Of a DNA stretch of 61,691 nucleotides, positions 10,239-20,210 are shown in pieces; position 1 is the first letter of the stretch; the number at the start of each line of letters is the position of its first letter. The notes under the pieces are model-generated. The model searched no databases, was not told the origin of the DNA, and saw only the letters and a list, made by a program, of their open reading frames with translations. A program made the position numbers and the translations under genes. The DNA is from Bacteroidales bacterium. GTDB taxonomy: Bacteria; Bacteroidota; Bacteroidia; Bacteroidales; VadinHA17. The stretch spans positions 1-61,691 of the forward strand of contig JALOMO010000023.1 of the NCBI GenBank assembly GCA_025455395.1, written 5' to 3'.

Positions 10239-10667
10239 ATGCTGACAAAGGATTTAATACTGGAGTTATGGAGCAAAACCTACAACACTGAAGGTAAGCC
10301 CGACTGGTCACACATTCTTCCCTACTACGATGATAATATTTTATTCAGGGATTCTATTCAGGAAATCCGTGGGATAGAAAAATTTACAGCAATGACGGAA
10401 CGTCTTACCAGACGATCCAAAGATTTGAAAATGAGGATTGTCAATGCCGTAATGGAGGGGAACATTGTTCTTATGGAGTGGGAAATGACTCTCAGTTTTA
10501 AAAAATATCCAAGTTCCATTTTATATGGATCAAGCCGTCTGACCCTGAATGAAGAGGGAAAAATTACAGAGCAAAGAGATTATTATGATCTTTGGGGTGA
10601 CATATTTGACAATATTCCAAGGTTTGGAAAAGCCTACAGAAGGTTTATGATTAAAAAATTTGGTTGA
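10239..10667 (+). CDS. NTF2/SnoaL-like small protein
   Basis: 142 aa with no signal peptide. Size and hydrophobic pattern (LWSKTY...DWSHILPYYDDNILFRD...G..KF) resemble SnoaL/NTF2-fold proteins. The assignment is weak. Confidence 0.5.
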   Translation: MLTKDLILELWSKTYNTEGKPDWSHILPYYDDNILFRDSIQEIRGIEKFTAMTERLTRRSKDLKMRIVNAVMEGNIVLMEWEMTLSFKKYPSSILYGSSRLTLNEEGKITEQRDYYDLWGDIFDNIPRFGKAYRRFMIKKFG

Positions 10668-10721
10668 ACTTATACCTTTGGAATGTTGTTTCATCAACAT
10701 AACTTTATAAACAAGAGCAAT

Positions 10722-11405
10722 ATGAAAAAACATGTTTATGTAACAGTTCTATTATTATCCATGTTTCTTGGATCTGTGAATGGTCAGACAGGAGTGCGTT
10801 TCGGTTTGAAAGCCGGCTATAGTCTCGCCACTCAATATGGCATTTCTCCTGCGGATAACACGTATGAAGTTGAAACAGGTAACAGGAATGGCTTTTCAGG
10901 AGGCATATTGCTATATTTCCCAATAACTGAATCAGTAGGTATTCAACAGGAATTCTCATATACTATGAAAGGGTCGAGGCAGGATGTTACGATTCCCGGA
11001 ACTGTTAAAGTAAATACTGTCTCCGATTATAATCTGAACTATTTCGAGATGCCAATTATAGTAAAATACAAATTTGTCAATATTAAGAGCTTTGGGATTT
11101 ATGGCAGCACCGGGATCGCACTATCATTATTAATGAATGGAGATTATGATATTACAAGTACAATTGAAACGGGCGGGCCTCCCATAATAGTAGAAGAATC
11201 AGGTGATATGGAAGGACTTGATATCTTCGATTATTCTTTCGTATACGGAGTTGGTACGGATTTTAAACTTCTCAGGAAGGACTTTTTCATTGAATGGCGG
11301 ATGACAGTGGGTTGGAACACATTGGCAATGCCTAATGCCACCGGAGCGGAGCCAGTTCCGCTACGTAACATGGATTATATATTTTCAGCTGGTATGTATT
11401 TCTAA
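10722..11405 (+). CDS. Outer-membrane beta-barrel (porin-family) protein
   Basis: ATG at 10722 gives MKKHVYVTVLLLSMFLGSVNGQ, a signal peptide. Alternating hydrophobic beta-strand pattern. The C-terminus ends in an aromatic residue (FSAGMYF). Confidence 0.65.
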   Translation: MKKHVYVTVLLLSMFLGSVNGQTGVRFGLKAGYSLATQYGISPADNTYEVETGNRNGFSGGILLYFPITESVGIQQEFSYTMKGSRQDVTIPGTVKVNTVSDYNLNYFEMPIIVKYKFVNIKSFGIYGSTGIALSLLMNGDYDITSTIETGGPPIIVEESGDMEGLDIFDYSFVYGVGTDFKLLRKDFFIEWRMTVGWNTLAMPNATGAEPVPLRNMDYIFSAGMYF

Positions 11406-11468
11406 AAGCTTAAGGCAAGTTATGTAATTATTTGAAATTTATAGAAGTAAGTCAGGTTCCTGGTTTAT

Positions 11469-12431
11469 ATGAAGAATAAGAAGTTTGCTAAATACTTTAA
11501 AGAATATCAATGGTCTAACATAGTTGCCATGATAAGGAACAACAGGTTAGATCCCAAAATATGTCCTGAAGATTTTGACAATAAGCTTGTTGTAATTACC
11601 GGGGCTACGTCAGGCATTGGATATCATGCAGCCCGGAAGTATGCATCTCATGGAGCGAACCTCCTGTGTATAAACCGCAACCTGCAAAAATCTGAAGCTT
11701 TAAGTAAAGAGATCAGAAATGATTTTGGCGTTGAATGCAACTTTAAAATAGCTGACCTGAGCAATTTGCATGATATTCATCGGGTGGCAGACGATCTTCT
11801 GAAGCTTGATACTCCGATTGAAGTAATGATACACAATGCAGGGGTTTACCTTACAAAGCGAGAATTAACTTCCGACGGGCTTGAAAGGGTTTTTGTTGTT
11901 CAATACCTTTCTTCCTTTATTATCAATTACATGTTAACGGGTAAGCTCAAAACCCAGGGCAGGGGCAGAATTATCATGGTTAATTCCGAGGGTCACCGTT
12001 TTGCTGCATGGGGATTGAGAACCGATGATTTGAACTGGGAAAAGCGCAGGTATTCAGGTTTGAAAAGTTACGGTTCTGCGAAAATGGCCCAGCTTTTATC
12101 AATGATCGTTTTCAATGAACAGTTCAAAGACACGGGGATAACTATAAATGCTATGCATCCGGGAGCCGTAAAAACCGATACAGGACAGGAGAATGGGCCA
12201 GGATACCTCTGGTTTAAGAGGAATTTTATCGATAAAACTTTAAAATCGCCTGAAATATCTGCAGAAGCATTGTACTATCTTGGTGTATCAAAAGAGATGG
12301 AATCTGTAAGTGGAAAATTCTTTAATTTAACAACCGAGGAGGAACCTGCACCACCGGCTCTTGACAGGGAAGTCGCTTACGAACTTTGGGAAAAGAGCCT
12401 GGACCTGGGCGGACTAAAAGGGGCAAAATAA
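11469..12431 (+). CDS. SDR-family oxidoreductase (retinol-dehydrogenase-like)
   Basis: TGATSGIG cofactor motif, NAG, and catalytic YGSAK. 320 aa. Confidence 0.85.
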   Translation: MKNKKFAKYFKEYQWSNIVAMIRNNRLDPKICPEDFDNKLVVITGATSGIGYHAARKYASHGANLLCINRNLQKSEALSKEIRNDFGVECNFKIADLSNLHDIHRVADDLLKLDTPIEVMIHNAGVYLTKRELTSDGLERVFVVQYLSSFIINYMLTGKLKTQGRGRIIMVNSEGHRFAAWGLRTDDLNWEKRRYSGLKSYGSAKMAQLLSMIVFNEQFKDTGITINAMHPGAVKTDTGQENGPGYLWFKRNFIDKTLKSPEISAEALYYLGVSKEMESVSGKFFNLTTEEEPAPPALDREVAYELWEKSLDLGGLKGAK

Positions 12432-12480
12432 TAAATGCAGATGTGGAATTAATGAATTGAAATTCCAGAACCGCAAGAAG

Positions 12481-14088
12481 ATGTCTGAAAGCAAATACGA
12501 AACAATCGTTGTAGGAGGGGGGATTGCCGGATTGACTTCGGCCGCTTATCTCTCACGGGCAGGACAAAAAGTATTGCTCATTGAAAAAAACAAAGAGTGC
12601 GGAGGCCTTGTCAGTTCATTTATACGTGACGGTTTTCAGTTTGATGCAGGAGTAAGAGCCCTTGAAAATGCAGGTATTATTTTCCCTATGTTGAAGGACA
12701 TGGGTATAGAGCTCGATGTTGTCAAAAGCAAGGTTTCGCTGGGAATAGAAAACGAAATAATAAATATAGAAGATATCTCAGGTTTGTTAAAGTACAGGGA
12801 ACTATTGACAAAATTTTACCCGGGATGCGAAGGAGAGATTGATAAGGTTTTAAAGGTCATTCGGAAGATAATGAAACATATGGATGTGCTCTATGGCATT
12901 GAGAATCCTGTGTTTAAAGATTTAAAGCGTGATAGAGCTTTCGTTTTCAAAAAGCTTTTGCCCTGGCTGCCCAGATTTATTTTTACCATTGGCAAGATAA
13001 ACAGTATGGGCATGCCGGTTGAGGATTATTTAAAGACTTTTGTGAAGAATGCTTCACTGCGAGACATTATTGCACAGCATTTCTTCAAAAACACGCCTAC
13101 TTTTTTTGCCTTAAGCTATTTTTCCCTGTACCTCGATTATTTCTATCCGAAAGGCGGAGTGATAAAGCTGCCTGATGCACTGAAAAACAAAGTGACAGAG
13201 AGCGGGGGCGAAATAAAGACAGAGACAAAGATTATCGAAGTATTGGCTGATAAGTGCGTTTTAAGAGACCAGAATCATATCACCTATAAATATGATAATC
13301 TCATCTGGGCCGCCGATCTGAAAACACTTTATAAGATTACTGATACAGACGGGTTGTCCCCGGAAATAAAAACAAAAATTGAAGAAAAGGGAAGGTTATA
13401 CCGTGAAAACCGAGGTGGCGATTCTGTCTTTTCTCTGTTCCTGGGAGTGGATGAACCGCTTGAAAGTTTCGGTAAAATTGCAAACGGGCATTTCTTTTAT
13501 ACGCCTTCAAAACTCGGCTTAGGGAGCACTCACAGGGAGGATCTCAGGTACCTGCTTGACAATTTTGATAAAACTGAAAAAAAGCAGATTCTGACCTGGC
13601 TTGACAAATTTACCGGATTAAATACTTATGAAATCTCTATACCCGGACTTAAAGATCCTGAGATGGTCCCTCCCGGTAAGACAGGAATCATTATCAGTTT
13701 ATTTGCTGAATATGATTTGTTTAAAAAAATTCAGGAGGCGGGCTGGATAGATGAGTTTATTGCGGAACTGGAGGATCGGGTTTTGAATGTAATTTCAGGC
13801 TCTGTCTACCCGATGTTAAAAGATAAAATCATTACTCGCTTTTCATTTTCACCCGTGAGCATTGAAAACAGGGTTGGAACCTCTGAAGGAGCCATTACGG
13901 GATGGGCATTCCAAAAATCGATGCCGGTTATCAACAAGATTCAGCTCTCGGATCGTTCCGTAGTGACACCAATACCTTCAATCTACCAGGCAGGTCAGTG
14001 GGCATACAGTCCTGCCGGTGTGCCAATGTCGATCCTGACGGGTAAACTTGCTGCTGACAAAGCATTGAAACATCATAATTTTAGATGA
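12481..14088 (+). CDS. NAD(P)/FAD-dependent oxidoreductase, phytoene-desaturase (CrtI/COG1233-like) family
   Basis: YETIVVGGGIAGLTSA...EKNKECGG Rossmann motif and C-terminal IYQAGQWAYSPAGVPM. ATG at 12481 is preferred over TTG at 12457. Paralogous in family to 2500-3984. Confidence 0.8.
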   Translation: MSESKYETIVVGGGIAGLTSAAYLSRAGQKVLLIEKNKECGGLVSSFIRDGFQFDAGVRALENAGIIFPMLKDMGIELDVVKSKVSLGIENEIINIEDISGLLKYRELLTKFYPGCEGEIDKVLKVIRKIMKHMDVLYGIENPVFKDLKRDRAFVFKKLLPWLPRFIFTIGKINSMGMPVEDYLKTFVKNASLRDIIAQHFFKNTPTFFALSYFSLYLDYFYPKGGVIKLPDALKNKVTESGGEIKTETKIIEVLADKCVLRDQNHITYKYDNLIWAADLKTLYKITDTDGLSPEIKTKIEEKGRLYRENRGGDSVFSLFLGVDEPLESFGKIANGHFFYTPSKLGLGSTHREDLRYLLDNFDKTEKKQILTWLDKFTGLNTYEISIPGLKDPEMVPPGKTGIIISLFAEYDLFKKIQEAGWIDEFIAELEDRVLNVISGSVYPMLKDKIITRFSFSPVSIENRVGTSEGAITGWAFQKSMPVINKIQLSDRSVVTPIPSIYQAGQWAYSPAGVPMSILTGKLAADKALKHHNFR

Positions 14089-15014
14089 TAACCGTAAGGT
14101 CTGTTTCGAAATCCTATGGCAATATTGATGCTTTGAAAAATGTAAGTTTCAATATTGAAAAAGGTGAGATATATGGCATTCTGGGGCCAAACGGTGCCGG
14201 TAAATCAACAATTGTAAACATATTAAACACCCTGGTCAAACCTGATACAGGCGATGTTATAATTGACGGTGTAAATATTAAGAATGATGGTGAGACAATT
14301 AAGCTGATCATGGGGGTTGTTCCCCAGGAAATTGCTTTGTACGAGGAGCTTTCAGCCTATGAAAACCTGATGTTCTGGGGCGGATTATATGATATTCCAA
14401 AACCTGAGCTTAAAATAAGTGTCCAAAAAACCCTGGAGATTGTTGATTTGGCTTACAGGAAAAATGACAGAATTAAAACCTTTTCTGGGGGAATGAAACG
14501 CAGGATCAATATCGCCTGCTCATTACTGCATAATCCGAGGATCCTGGTCTTGGATGAACCAACAGTAGGTGTTGACCCTCAAAACAGAAATCACATTTTT
14601 GAGGTCATAGAGAGATTGAATAATGAAGGAATGACAATTATCTATACCACTCACTACATGGAAGAGGCTGAACGATTTTGTGACAAAATTGCAATAATCG
14701 ATGCCGGACAAATTGTTGCCCAGGGGACACTGAAAGAGTTAAGGCAGATCAGCAATGTCACTGATCAATTAACAATTAAGCTTGCTGATGCCGATAATGA
14801 AACAATAGCCAGAATTACGTCAGAAAATCCGTTATTCATGTTTGATTCCACTACAGGCACCTTGAAAGTTGAGTGTGGCAATATTGGACATGATACCCCG
14901 ATCATCTTAAACCAGATACAAAACTCAGGTGGTGTTATTGAAAGAATATATACCCAGGGCACCAATCTGGAATCGGTCTATTTAAAATTAACAGGAAAAG
15001 AGTTAAGAGATTAA
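14085..15014 (+). CDS. ABC transporter ATP-binding protein
   Basis: Walker [10 protein letters not shown], signature FSGGMKRR, Walker B ILVLDEPT. The start overlaps the upstream stop (ATGA). Confidence 0.92.
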   Translation: MITVRSVSKSYGNIDALKNVSFNIEKGEIYGILGPNGAGKSTIVNILNTLVKPDTGDVIIDGVNIKNDGETIKLIMGVVPQEIALYEELSAYENLMFWGGLYDIPKPELKISVQKTLEIVDLAYRKNDRIKTFSGGMKRRINIACSLLHNPRILVLDEPTVGVDPQNRNHIFEVIERLNNEGMTIIYTTHYMEEAERFCDKIAIIDAGQIVAQGTLKELRQISNVTDQLTIKLADADNETIARITSENPLFMFDSTTGTLKVECGNIGHDTPIILNQIQNSGGVIERIYTQGTNLESVYLKLTGKELRD

Positions 15015-15017
15015 ATT

Positions 15018-16214
15018 ATGTTCAAGCTATTTAAAAAAGACCTGATTCTGTTTCTTCATGATCACCGTTCTGTAATTCTCACATTTCTTCTTCCGGTCCT
15101 TCTGATAACTCTTTTTGCCTTTGCATATGGAAGCATCGGGGCCTACGATGGCCGTTCCGAACCTGTCAAACTGCTGGTTTGTGATCTTGATGGCACTAAA
15201 TCTTCAAAGGAAATTATTCATGAGCTTGATTCACTTGAAGATATAATTACCACTGTTTCAGATCCCATTATATCTAAGGAATTAGTAATCAAAGGAGAAT
15301 ACGCAGGTGCCCTGATCATTTACAAAGGTTTCCAGGATTCAGTTGAAAACGGAAATTCAACACCGGTTGAACTGGTCTATGACAGGTCACGCGAGATGGA
15401 AATTGGTATTCTTCAGCATAACCTGATCAGCACCCTGATGTCTTCAACAGGTGAAATAATTGTAAAAAAAAGCATTGAGAAATATCTTCAGGGCCTGTTC
15501 CCGGCTATCAACCCGGCTATCACTGATAATATTGTCAAAACGACAATGAAGGAGGATAATAAATTATCCATCACCTATACTTCTGTCGTCGGAGAGAAAA
15601 ATGATACGAAGCTGGGCCTGATACAGGCTGTTGCAGGCACTGCCATTATGATGCTTCTTTTCAGCGTTGCCGCTGTCGGAACAAGCATATTGGAGGAAAA
15701 GGAGAACGGAACGATAAACAGATTGCTCTATTCACCCCTGAAGGGCAGCACAATACTCTACAGTAAGATGCTGTTCGCTTTCTTCATCTCAATACTTCAG
15801 CTGACTGTCATGTTTCTTTTTGCCTGGATCATATTAAAAATGGATATGAGCGTCAGTATTGCAGGATTAATCATGCTGATAGTGGCTACATCTTTTGCTG
15901 TTTCAAGTCTTGGAATCTTTCTGGCCTCTGTTGCAAAGACACGCCAGCAGGCTCATAATCTGAGTACAATCATTATTCTTGTCATGTCAGCTATTGGAGG
16001 CAGTATGATTCCTCTGTTTATAATGCCTCCGATACTGCAGAAGATGGCTCTCTTAAGTGTAAATTACTGGGGAATTCAGGGGTTTTATGACCTGTTCTGG
16101 AGAGCATTGCCTTTGGAGGAGATACTTCCGAAAATCCTTGTATTAATATGTATTGGTGTTTTAATGACCTCAGCTTCTATCCAGCTGTTTAAGAAAAGGA
16201 TTATAAAATCCTGA
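15018..16214 (+). CDS. ABC-2-type transporter permease
   Basis: One N-terminal TM helix, a large extracytoplasmic loop and five C-terminal TM helices, lying 3 nt after the ATPase gene. Confidence 0.85.
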   Translation: MFKLFKKDLILFLHDHRSVILTFLLPVLLITLFAFAYGSIGAYDGRSEPVKLLVCDLDGTKSSKEIIHELDSLEDIITTVSDPIISKELVIKGEYAGALIIYKGFQDSVENGNSTPVELVYDRSREMEIGILQHNLISTLMSSTGEIIVKKSIEKYLQGLFPAINPAITDNIVKTTMKEDNKLSITYTSVVGEKNDTKLGLIQAVAGTAIMMLLFSVAAVGTSILEEKENGTINRLLYSPLKGSTILYSKMLFAFFISILQLTVMFLFAWIILKMDMSVSIAGLIMLIVATSFAVSSLGIFLASVAKTRQQAHNLSTIIILVMSAIGGSMIPLFIMPPILQKMALLSVNYWGIQGFYDLFWRALPLEEILPKILVLICIGVLMTSASIQLFKKRIIKS

Positions 16215-16307
16215 TCGCATAAAAAGGGAAATCAATTGGTTACAACATCTATCGGTATCCATTCCTGAATTACGACTGAAGTGTGCCTTTTCTGATGGGT
16301 TGCAGGA

Positions 16308-16811
16308 TCATTTGCAGGCCACATTCATAATTTCATATAAAACATCCTCCCTGTCGCGCTTTAAGGTAAATCTGTCTCCCACTTTTTTATTTATCAGTGT
16401 TTTTGCCAAAGGAGACAAGAATGAGATCTTGCCTTTTGCAATGTCAGCCTCATCAACTCCAACAATCTGAAAAACTTGTACGATACCGGATGATTTGTTT
16501 TTAAGTGTTACTGTTGCGCCGAATGTGACTTCATTCAGTGGTTGCTCCTTCAGATCAACGACCCTTGCTTCCGCTATCCTTCTGTTCAGCAACTGTAATT
16601 TCGCATTGATATAGTTCAGGGCAATTCGTTTCTCGTTTTCACTGGTGCTGCTCAGGTTTTCTTTTTCATCAATCAGCATCTGTTTTTCGGCCAAGAGCTG
16701 GTCCATACCGGTCCGGGTAACAAAATTTGTTACACCCTCCGGTAAAAATGCCCTTTGTGGTACTATCGGCACTTCCTCCTGGTCATCTTCTTTGACAAAT
16801 CCTCTGCTCAT
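16308..16811 (-). CDS. GreA/GreB-family transcription elongation factor-like protein
   Basis: Coiled-coil N-terminal half and a C-terminal FKBP-like block GKISFLSPLAKTLINKKVGDRF. 167 aa. Confidence 0.75.
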   Translation of the reverse strand: MSRGFVKEDDQEEVPIVPQRAFLPEGVTNFVTRTGMDQLLAEKQMLIDEKENLSSTSENEKRIALNYINAKLQLLNRRIAEARVVDLKEQPLNEVTFGATVTLKNKSSGIVQVFQIVGVDEADIAKGKISFLSPLAKTLINKKVGDRFTLKRDREDVLYEIMNVACK

Positions 16812-17024
16812 AGCTAATTAATCCGGACCACCAAATTATCCAAAAACAATCAAATTCTGCCGATTACTGTCATTTTTTGTCCAAACTGTTCACGCATCAG
16901 AGGTTATGCACCTATCTTATGGAAATTTAATTGTTAGTAAGGCTTCAGAGCCGGAGGCAGGCCTTCTTCCCGTTTTCTGAAGTTTTAACGGAAGGAAACC
17001 GGAACATTCACACAGCCCTCAAAG

Positions 17025-17471
17025 CTATTTTGAGATATTCACCCGTAAAGTCCATCCATACGATGTTGATGTTGAAACATTCAGTGATCCAACCTTATTG
17101 TGAAGGGGTTCAATATCAGTTTCGGGCGTTTTGGTATCTATTGTAACCCTAAAATCATTACAGCCATCGCGGTCAAAATCAATCGTATCTGATATTTTCT
17201 CCGGGAAATCTCCTCTCCAGTCAAGCTGGACAAAACCATGTGTACGTTCCTTCCAGAGGCCATCAAAGACCGGTTTTCGTATTTCAAATTTATATCCCGG
17301 GAGAGAGTCACTGAAGGCTATCTCACCGCCTGTATAGTTAGGGTTGATCTTCATGAATGGCATCTTTGCCAGTGCCCTGGAGAAACCGTTCAATCCAGGG
17401 AAAAGTATGATTATCAGGATCAGACCTGCAAAAGCCCAGGTAATGCCTGCTATTTTTCCAATTCTTTTCAT
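17025..17471 (-). CDS. Hypothetical N-terminally anchored extracytoplasmic protein
   Basis: 148 aa with a single N-terminal TM helix (ITWAFAGLILIIILFPG). Starts 10 nt downstream of the polyferredoxin gene. No family recognised. Confidence 0.5.
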   Translation of the reverse strand: MKRIGKIAGITWAFAGLILIIILFPGLNGFSRALAKMPFMKINPNYTGGEIAFSDSLPGYKFEIRKPVFDGLWKERTHGFVQLDWRGDFPEKISDTIDFDRDGCNDFRVTIDTKTPETDIEPLHNKVGSLNVSTSTSYGWTLRVNISK

Positions 17472-17481
17472 AGTTGCTACA

Positions 17482-18633
17482 TTAAAATATGAGATTAAGA
17501 AGAGATCTTACTGTAAACATTATTGATCCTGAGGAGAAAACCGCGATGAAGAGAAATGAGACGAAGAGGAACAGGTTCCTTGAGAAACCCTTCATTGTAC
17601 CAGCAGGGACTCCCTTTATTCCAAAATGTATCGCCTTCTTTGTACAGGCATCCACGCATTTACCACACTTGCTGCAGAAGACTGAAGCTTTACCTCTTTT
17701 CACATCGTCCGGAGTAAGGGCAAACAACGGACAGACCTCGACACATTTATAACATTCGTTGCAGGCGGTTTTATCTATCTTTATCGTAAAAGGTGTAACC
17801 TTATTTGATACGGTATTCACAGCTCCGAGAGGGCATAAAAAACTGCATTGAGTTCTTTTCCTTGACATCACGGGAAGTGCCACCACAAGCCCTCCGAAAA
17901 GGGAAATAAACACTCCGGCTTTTACCCCCGATTCCAGGTTTGTTACCTGCTCAAATTCTGTAACGGCTTTGAACGGGCACATCCAGTCGCAGTAGGTTGG
18001 TATCAGTGTAAGAGCTGCTGTCAGGGCCACCATTAGCAATACAGCGAATGGCATCCATTTCCACGAATCGCTGATTTTTCTGAGAGCGGGCCTCTTTCTG
18101 AATCTGGAAAACCCGTCATCCCACCCGCCGTAGAAACATCCCCAGCTGCAGAATCCCCTGCCAAGCACCAGCGTGGCAATCAGCCATAGAACAACCATGG
18201 ATGAAATATCTGCAAATCCTCCTATTATGGTTCCGGGGAAAATAATTGATTTTGTAAAAGCCGCAGGTATGATCATCATCGGAATAACCAGGTGGCAGAA
18301 TGGTATTTTGCATTCAACGATATCAGCCTGGGAGAATGACATTGAATTCCTTATTTCGACCATGTTCTTTATAAGTGTAAAAGAGAGTGACAGGGCAAAA
18401 ATGATGAAGATCACTGCCCTGTACCTGTCAGTCTTCCCTGTGAAGTGCATAAGGAAATAGAGCAGATTCATTCCCATAAACGTGGTTAAAAGGGCAACAG
18501 TCTGAGTAGTGTCTGTAAAATCAGGTCTTCCTCCTGTCAGAAACATGAACGTTATCAGGAACATCGGAAGAGTGTAAAGAAGTGCCTTGCCTAAGGGTTT
18601 TCCTGGTGTGCTGATTGTTTGATCTTTATACAT
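17482..18633 (-). CDS. Integral-membrane 4Fe-4S polyferredoxin (NapH/MauN/CcoG-like, COG0348-type)
   Basis: Multiple TM helices. Three CX3C(P) motifs (FCSWGCF, YCDWMCP, CSFLCP). Two ferredoxin motifs (CNECYKCVEVCP and CSKCGKCVDAC). Confidence 0.8.
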   Translation of the reverse strand: MYKDQTISTPGKPLGKALLYTLPMFLITFMFLTGGRPDFTDTTQTVALLTTFMGMNLLYFLMHFTGKTDRYRAVIFIIFALSLSFTLIKNMVEIRNSMSFSQADIVECKIPFCHLVIPMMIIPAAFTKSIIFPGTIIGGFADISSMVVLWLIATLVLGRGFCSWGCFYGGWDDGFSRFRKRPALRKISDSWKWMPFAVLLMVALTAALTLIPTYCDWMCPFKAVTEFEQVTNLESGVKAGVFISLFGGLVVALPVMSRKRTQCSFLCPLGAVNTVSNKVTPFTIKIDKTACNECYKCVEVCPLFALTPDDVKRGKASVFCSKCGKCVDACTKKAIHFGIKGVPAGTMKGFSRNLFLFVSFLFIAVFSSGSIMFTVRSLLNLIF

Positions 18634-19267
18634 TTATTATTCCTCCAACTATAAGTGTTATACCTTTTATCATGAAAATTGTCCCGGCAATCGCGGTAGC
18701 AAAAATCCCGATGGTACCTATAACCTCTCTTTTCCGTATTTTCCCTGCAAAGGGAAGTGGCAGGAACCAGAGTGATGACCCGGCAAAAAAGGCGAGAAAC
18801 GCAAGGTAGCTCTGAACAAGGGTACCCTCAGTCGCTCCTTTGGTGATAATGATAAGGAGGGCCGGACAGAATCCGATGCTGTTCACAATGCCGAGAAAAA
18901 CAGGCACCAGCCTGTTGTTATCCACCGTCCTTACTATTTTAGCCGGGCAGGCCTTTTTCCGGTTTTTCCCGATGCCGTACCATATAAGTAACGCTGCAAA
19001 TACCACGAAGAGGATACCCGGAAGATAGGTGTGAACTATCGCAGAACTGAATATAGCCTGTCCAAAATACCATGCGACAGTGGCCAGCATTAAGTATACA
19101 AGAAGCCTTGTAAGAAGAAATGCCGAGAGGTCAATAGCGATTCTCCTGGTACCTGCAGTGCCTGCCATCAGGTAGGGGAACATTATCATTCCGCATGTGA
19201 CAAGACATGCCGTCCCGCTGCTTAAACCCAGTATGAATGAATCTGCCATTGGCTCTTTTTTCAGCAA
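18626..19267 (-). CDS. Polytopic membrane protein with a Cys motif in TM1 (TauE/UreH/DsbD-like)
   Basis: About 6 TM helices. Motif GLSSGTACLVTCG near the N-terminus. Overlaps the downstream polyferredoxin gene by 8 nt. The start is TTG at 19267 or ATG at 19249. Confidence 0.6.
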   Translation of the reverse strand: MLKKEPMADSFILGLSSGTACLVTCGMIMFPYLMAGTAGTRRIAIDLSAFLLTRLLVYLMLATVAWYFGQAIFSSAIVHTYLPGILFVVFAALLIWYGIGKNRKKACPAKIVRTVDNNRLVPVFLGIVNSIGFCPALLIIITKGATEGTLVQSYLAFLAFFAGSSLWFLPLPFAGKIRKREVIGTIGIFATAIAGTIFMIKGITLIVGGIINV

Positions 19268-19379
19268 ATCTATTATGCCTGAAAAGAGAGTGCAAGGCTA
19301 ATGTGGCCACCTGTGAGAGTAAGTGGTAAAATGATAATTGCCCGGGATGAAATGCTGATTTTTGGGGTAAAAGGTGTGA

Positions 19380-20210
19380 TTACTTCTTCCCGAATCGTTT
19401 TGCGACTTCTGCAGCCTTTGAGCGGGCTACAGGAATTTCGGTTCCGGAAGTGGCCAGTCTGATCTTCATATTCTGGTTATTGCCTAAAACTTTCTCGACG
19501 AAATCGAGGTTAACAATATAGCATTTATGGCATCTCAAAAAACGGCTGTTTTTTCTCAAATCCTCCTCTGCAGATTTCAAAGTTCCTCTTATCGTGGTCC
19601 TTTTCAGTAAGTTATCCTTATTTGTAACAATAGTGACATAGTTGTCATTGGAAGTGAGGTAGATAATATGCCTTGGGTTAGTCCTGAAATCATTTTTTGA
19701 ATACCCTGCAGTAATTGTTACCTCCTCTTCCCAGCTGATTATCTCGTCGCCAATTGCAGCCTCCTTCAGAGCGTTCCGATACATCCTGTTATAATTAATG
19801 AAGTAGCCGGCTGTGACCGGAATGCTGCCGACAAGTATTGCGGTCCATATTGCATAAAGAAGGTATATCAGGTTAAACTTTATATCAAAGATGACAGACA
19901 TATAGAAGTAGTTTGCAGCTCCAATACTTGATGCAATCAGAATATCCCTGAGGATGTTTTTTCCAATTGTCCAATTCTTTCCTATTATCAAAGGATCGAT
20001 TAAATACTTAATTACCACCAGTACAACGAATGTTATCAGACCAAACCCGAGGGTAACATATAACTGCTTTATTTTCTCAAGCTGTGAAAGCCCGAATGGC
20101 TTGAAGAGAAAGAGAAAAAGGAAGATAAAGAAACCGAATGCCATCAAATACAGGAGTTTGCCTTTTCCTTTATCGGTTTCCCTGTAAGGTTTGCTGAAAA
20201 AACTGGCCAT
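19380..20210 (-). CDS. Membrane-bound LytTR-family DNA-binding regulator
   Basis: About four N-terminal TM helices and no receiver domain. The C-terminal LytTR block reads IIYLTSNDNYVTIV...FLRCHKCYIVNLDFVEKV. Confidence 0.8.
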   Translation of the reverse strand: MASFFSKPYRETDKGKGKLLYLMAFGFFIFLFLFLFKPFGLSQLEKIKQLYVTLGFGLITFVVLVVIKYLIDPLIIGKNWTIGKNILRDILIASSIGAANYFYMSVIFDIKFNLIYLLYAIWTAILVGSIPVTAGYFINYNRMYRNALKEAAIGDEIISWEEEVTITAGYSKNDFRTNPRHIIYLTSNDNYVTIVTNKDNLLKRTTIRGTLKSAEEDLRKNSRFLRCHKCYIVNLDFVEKVLGNNQNMKIRLATSGTEIPVARSKAAEVAKRFGKK

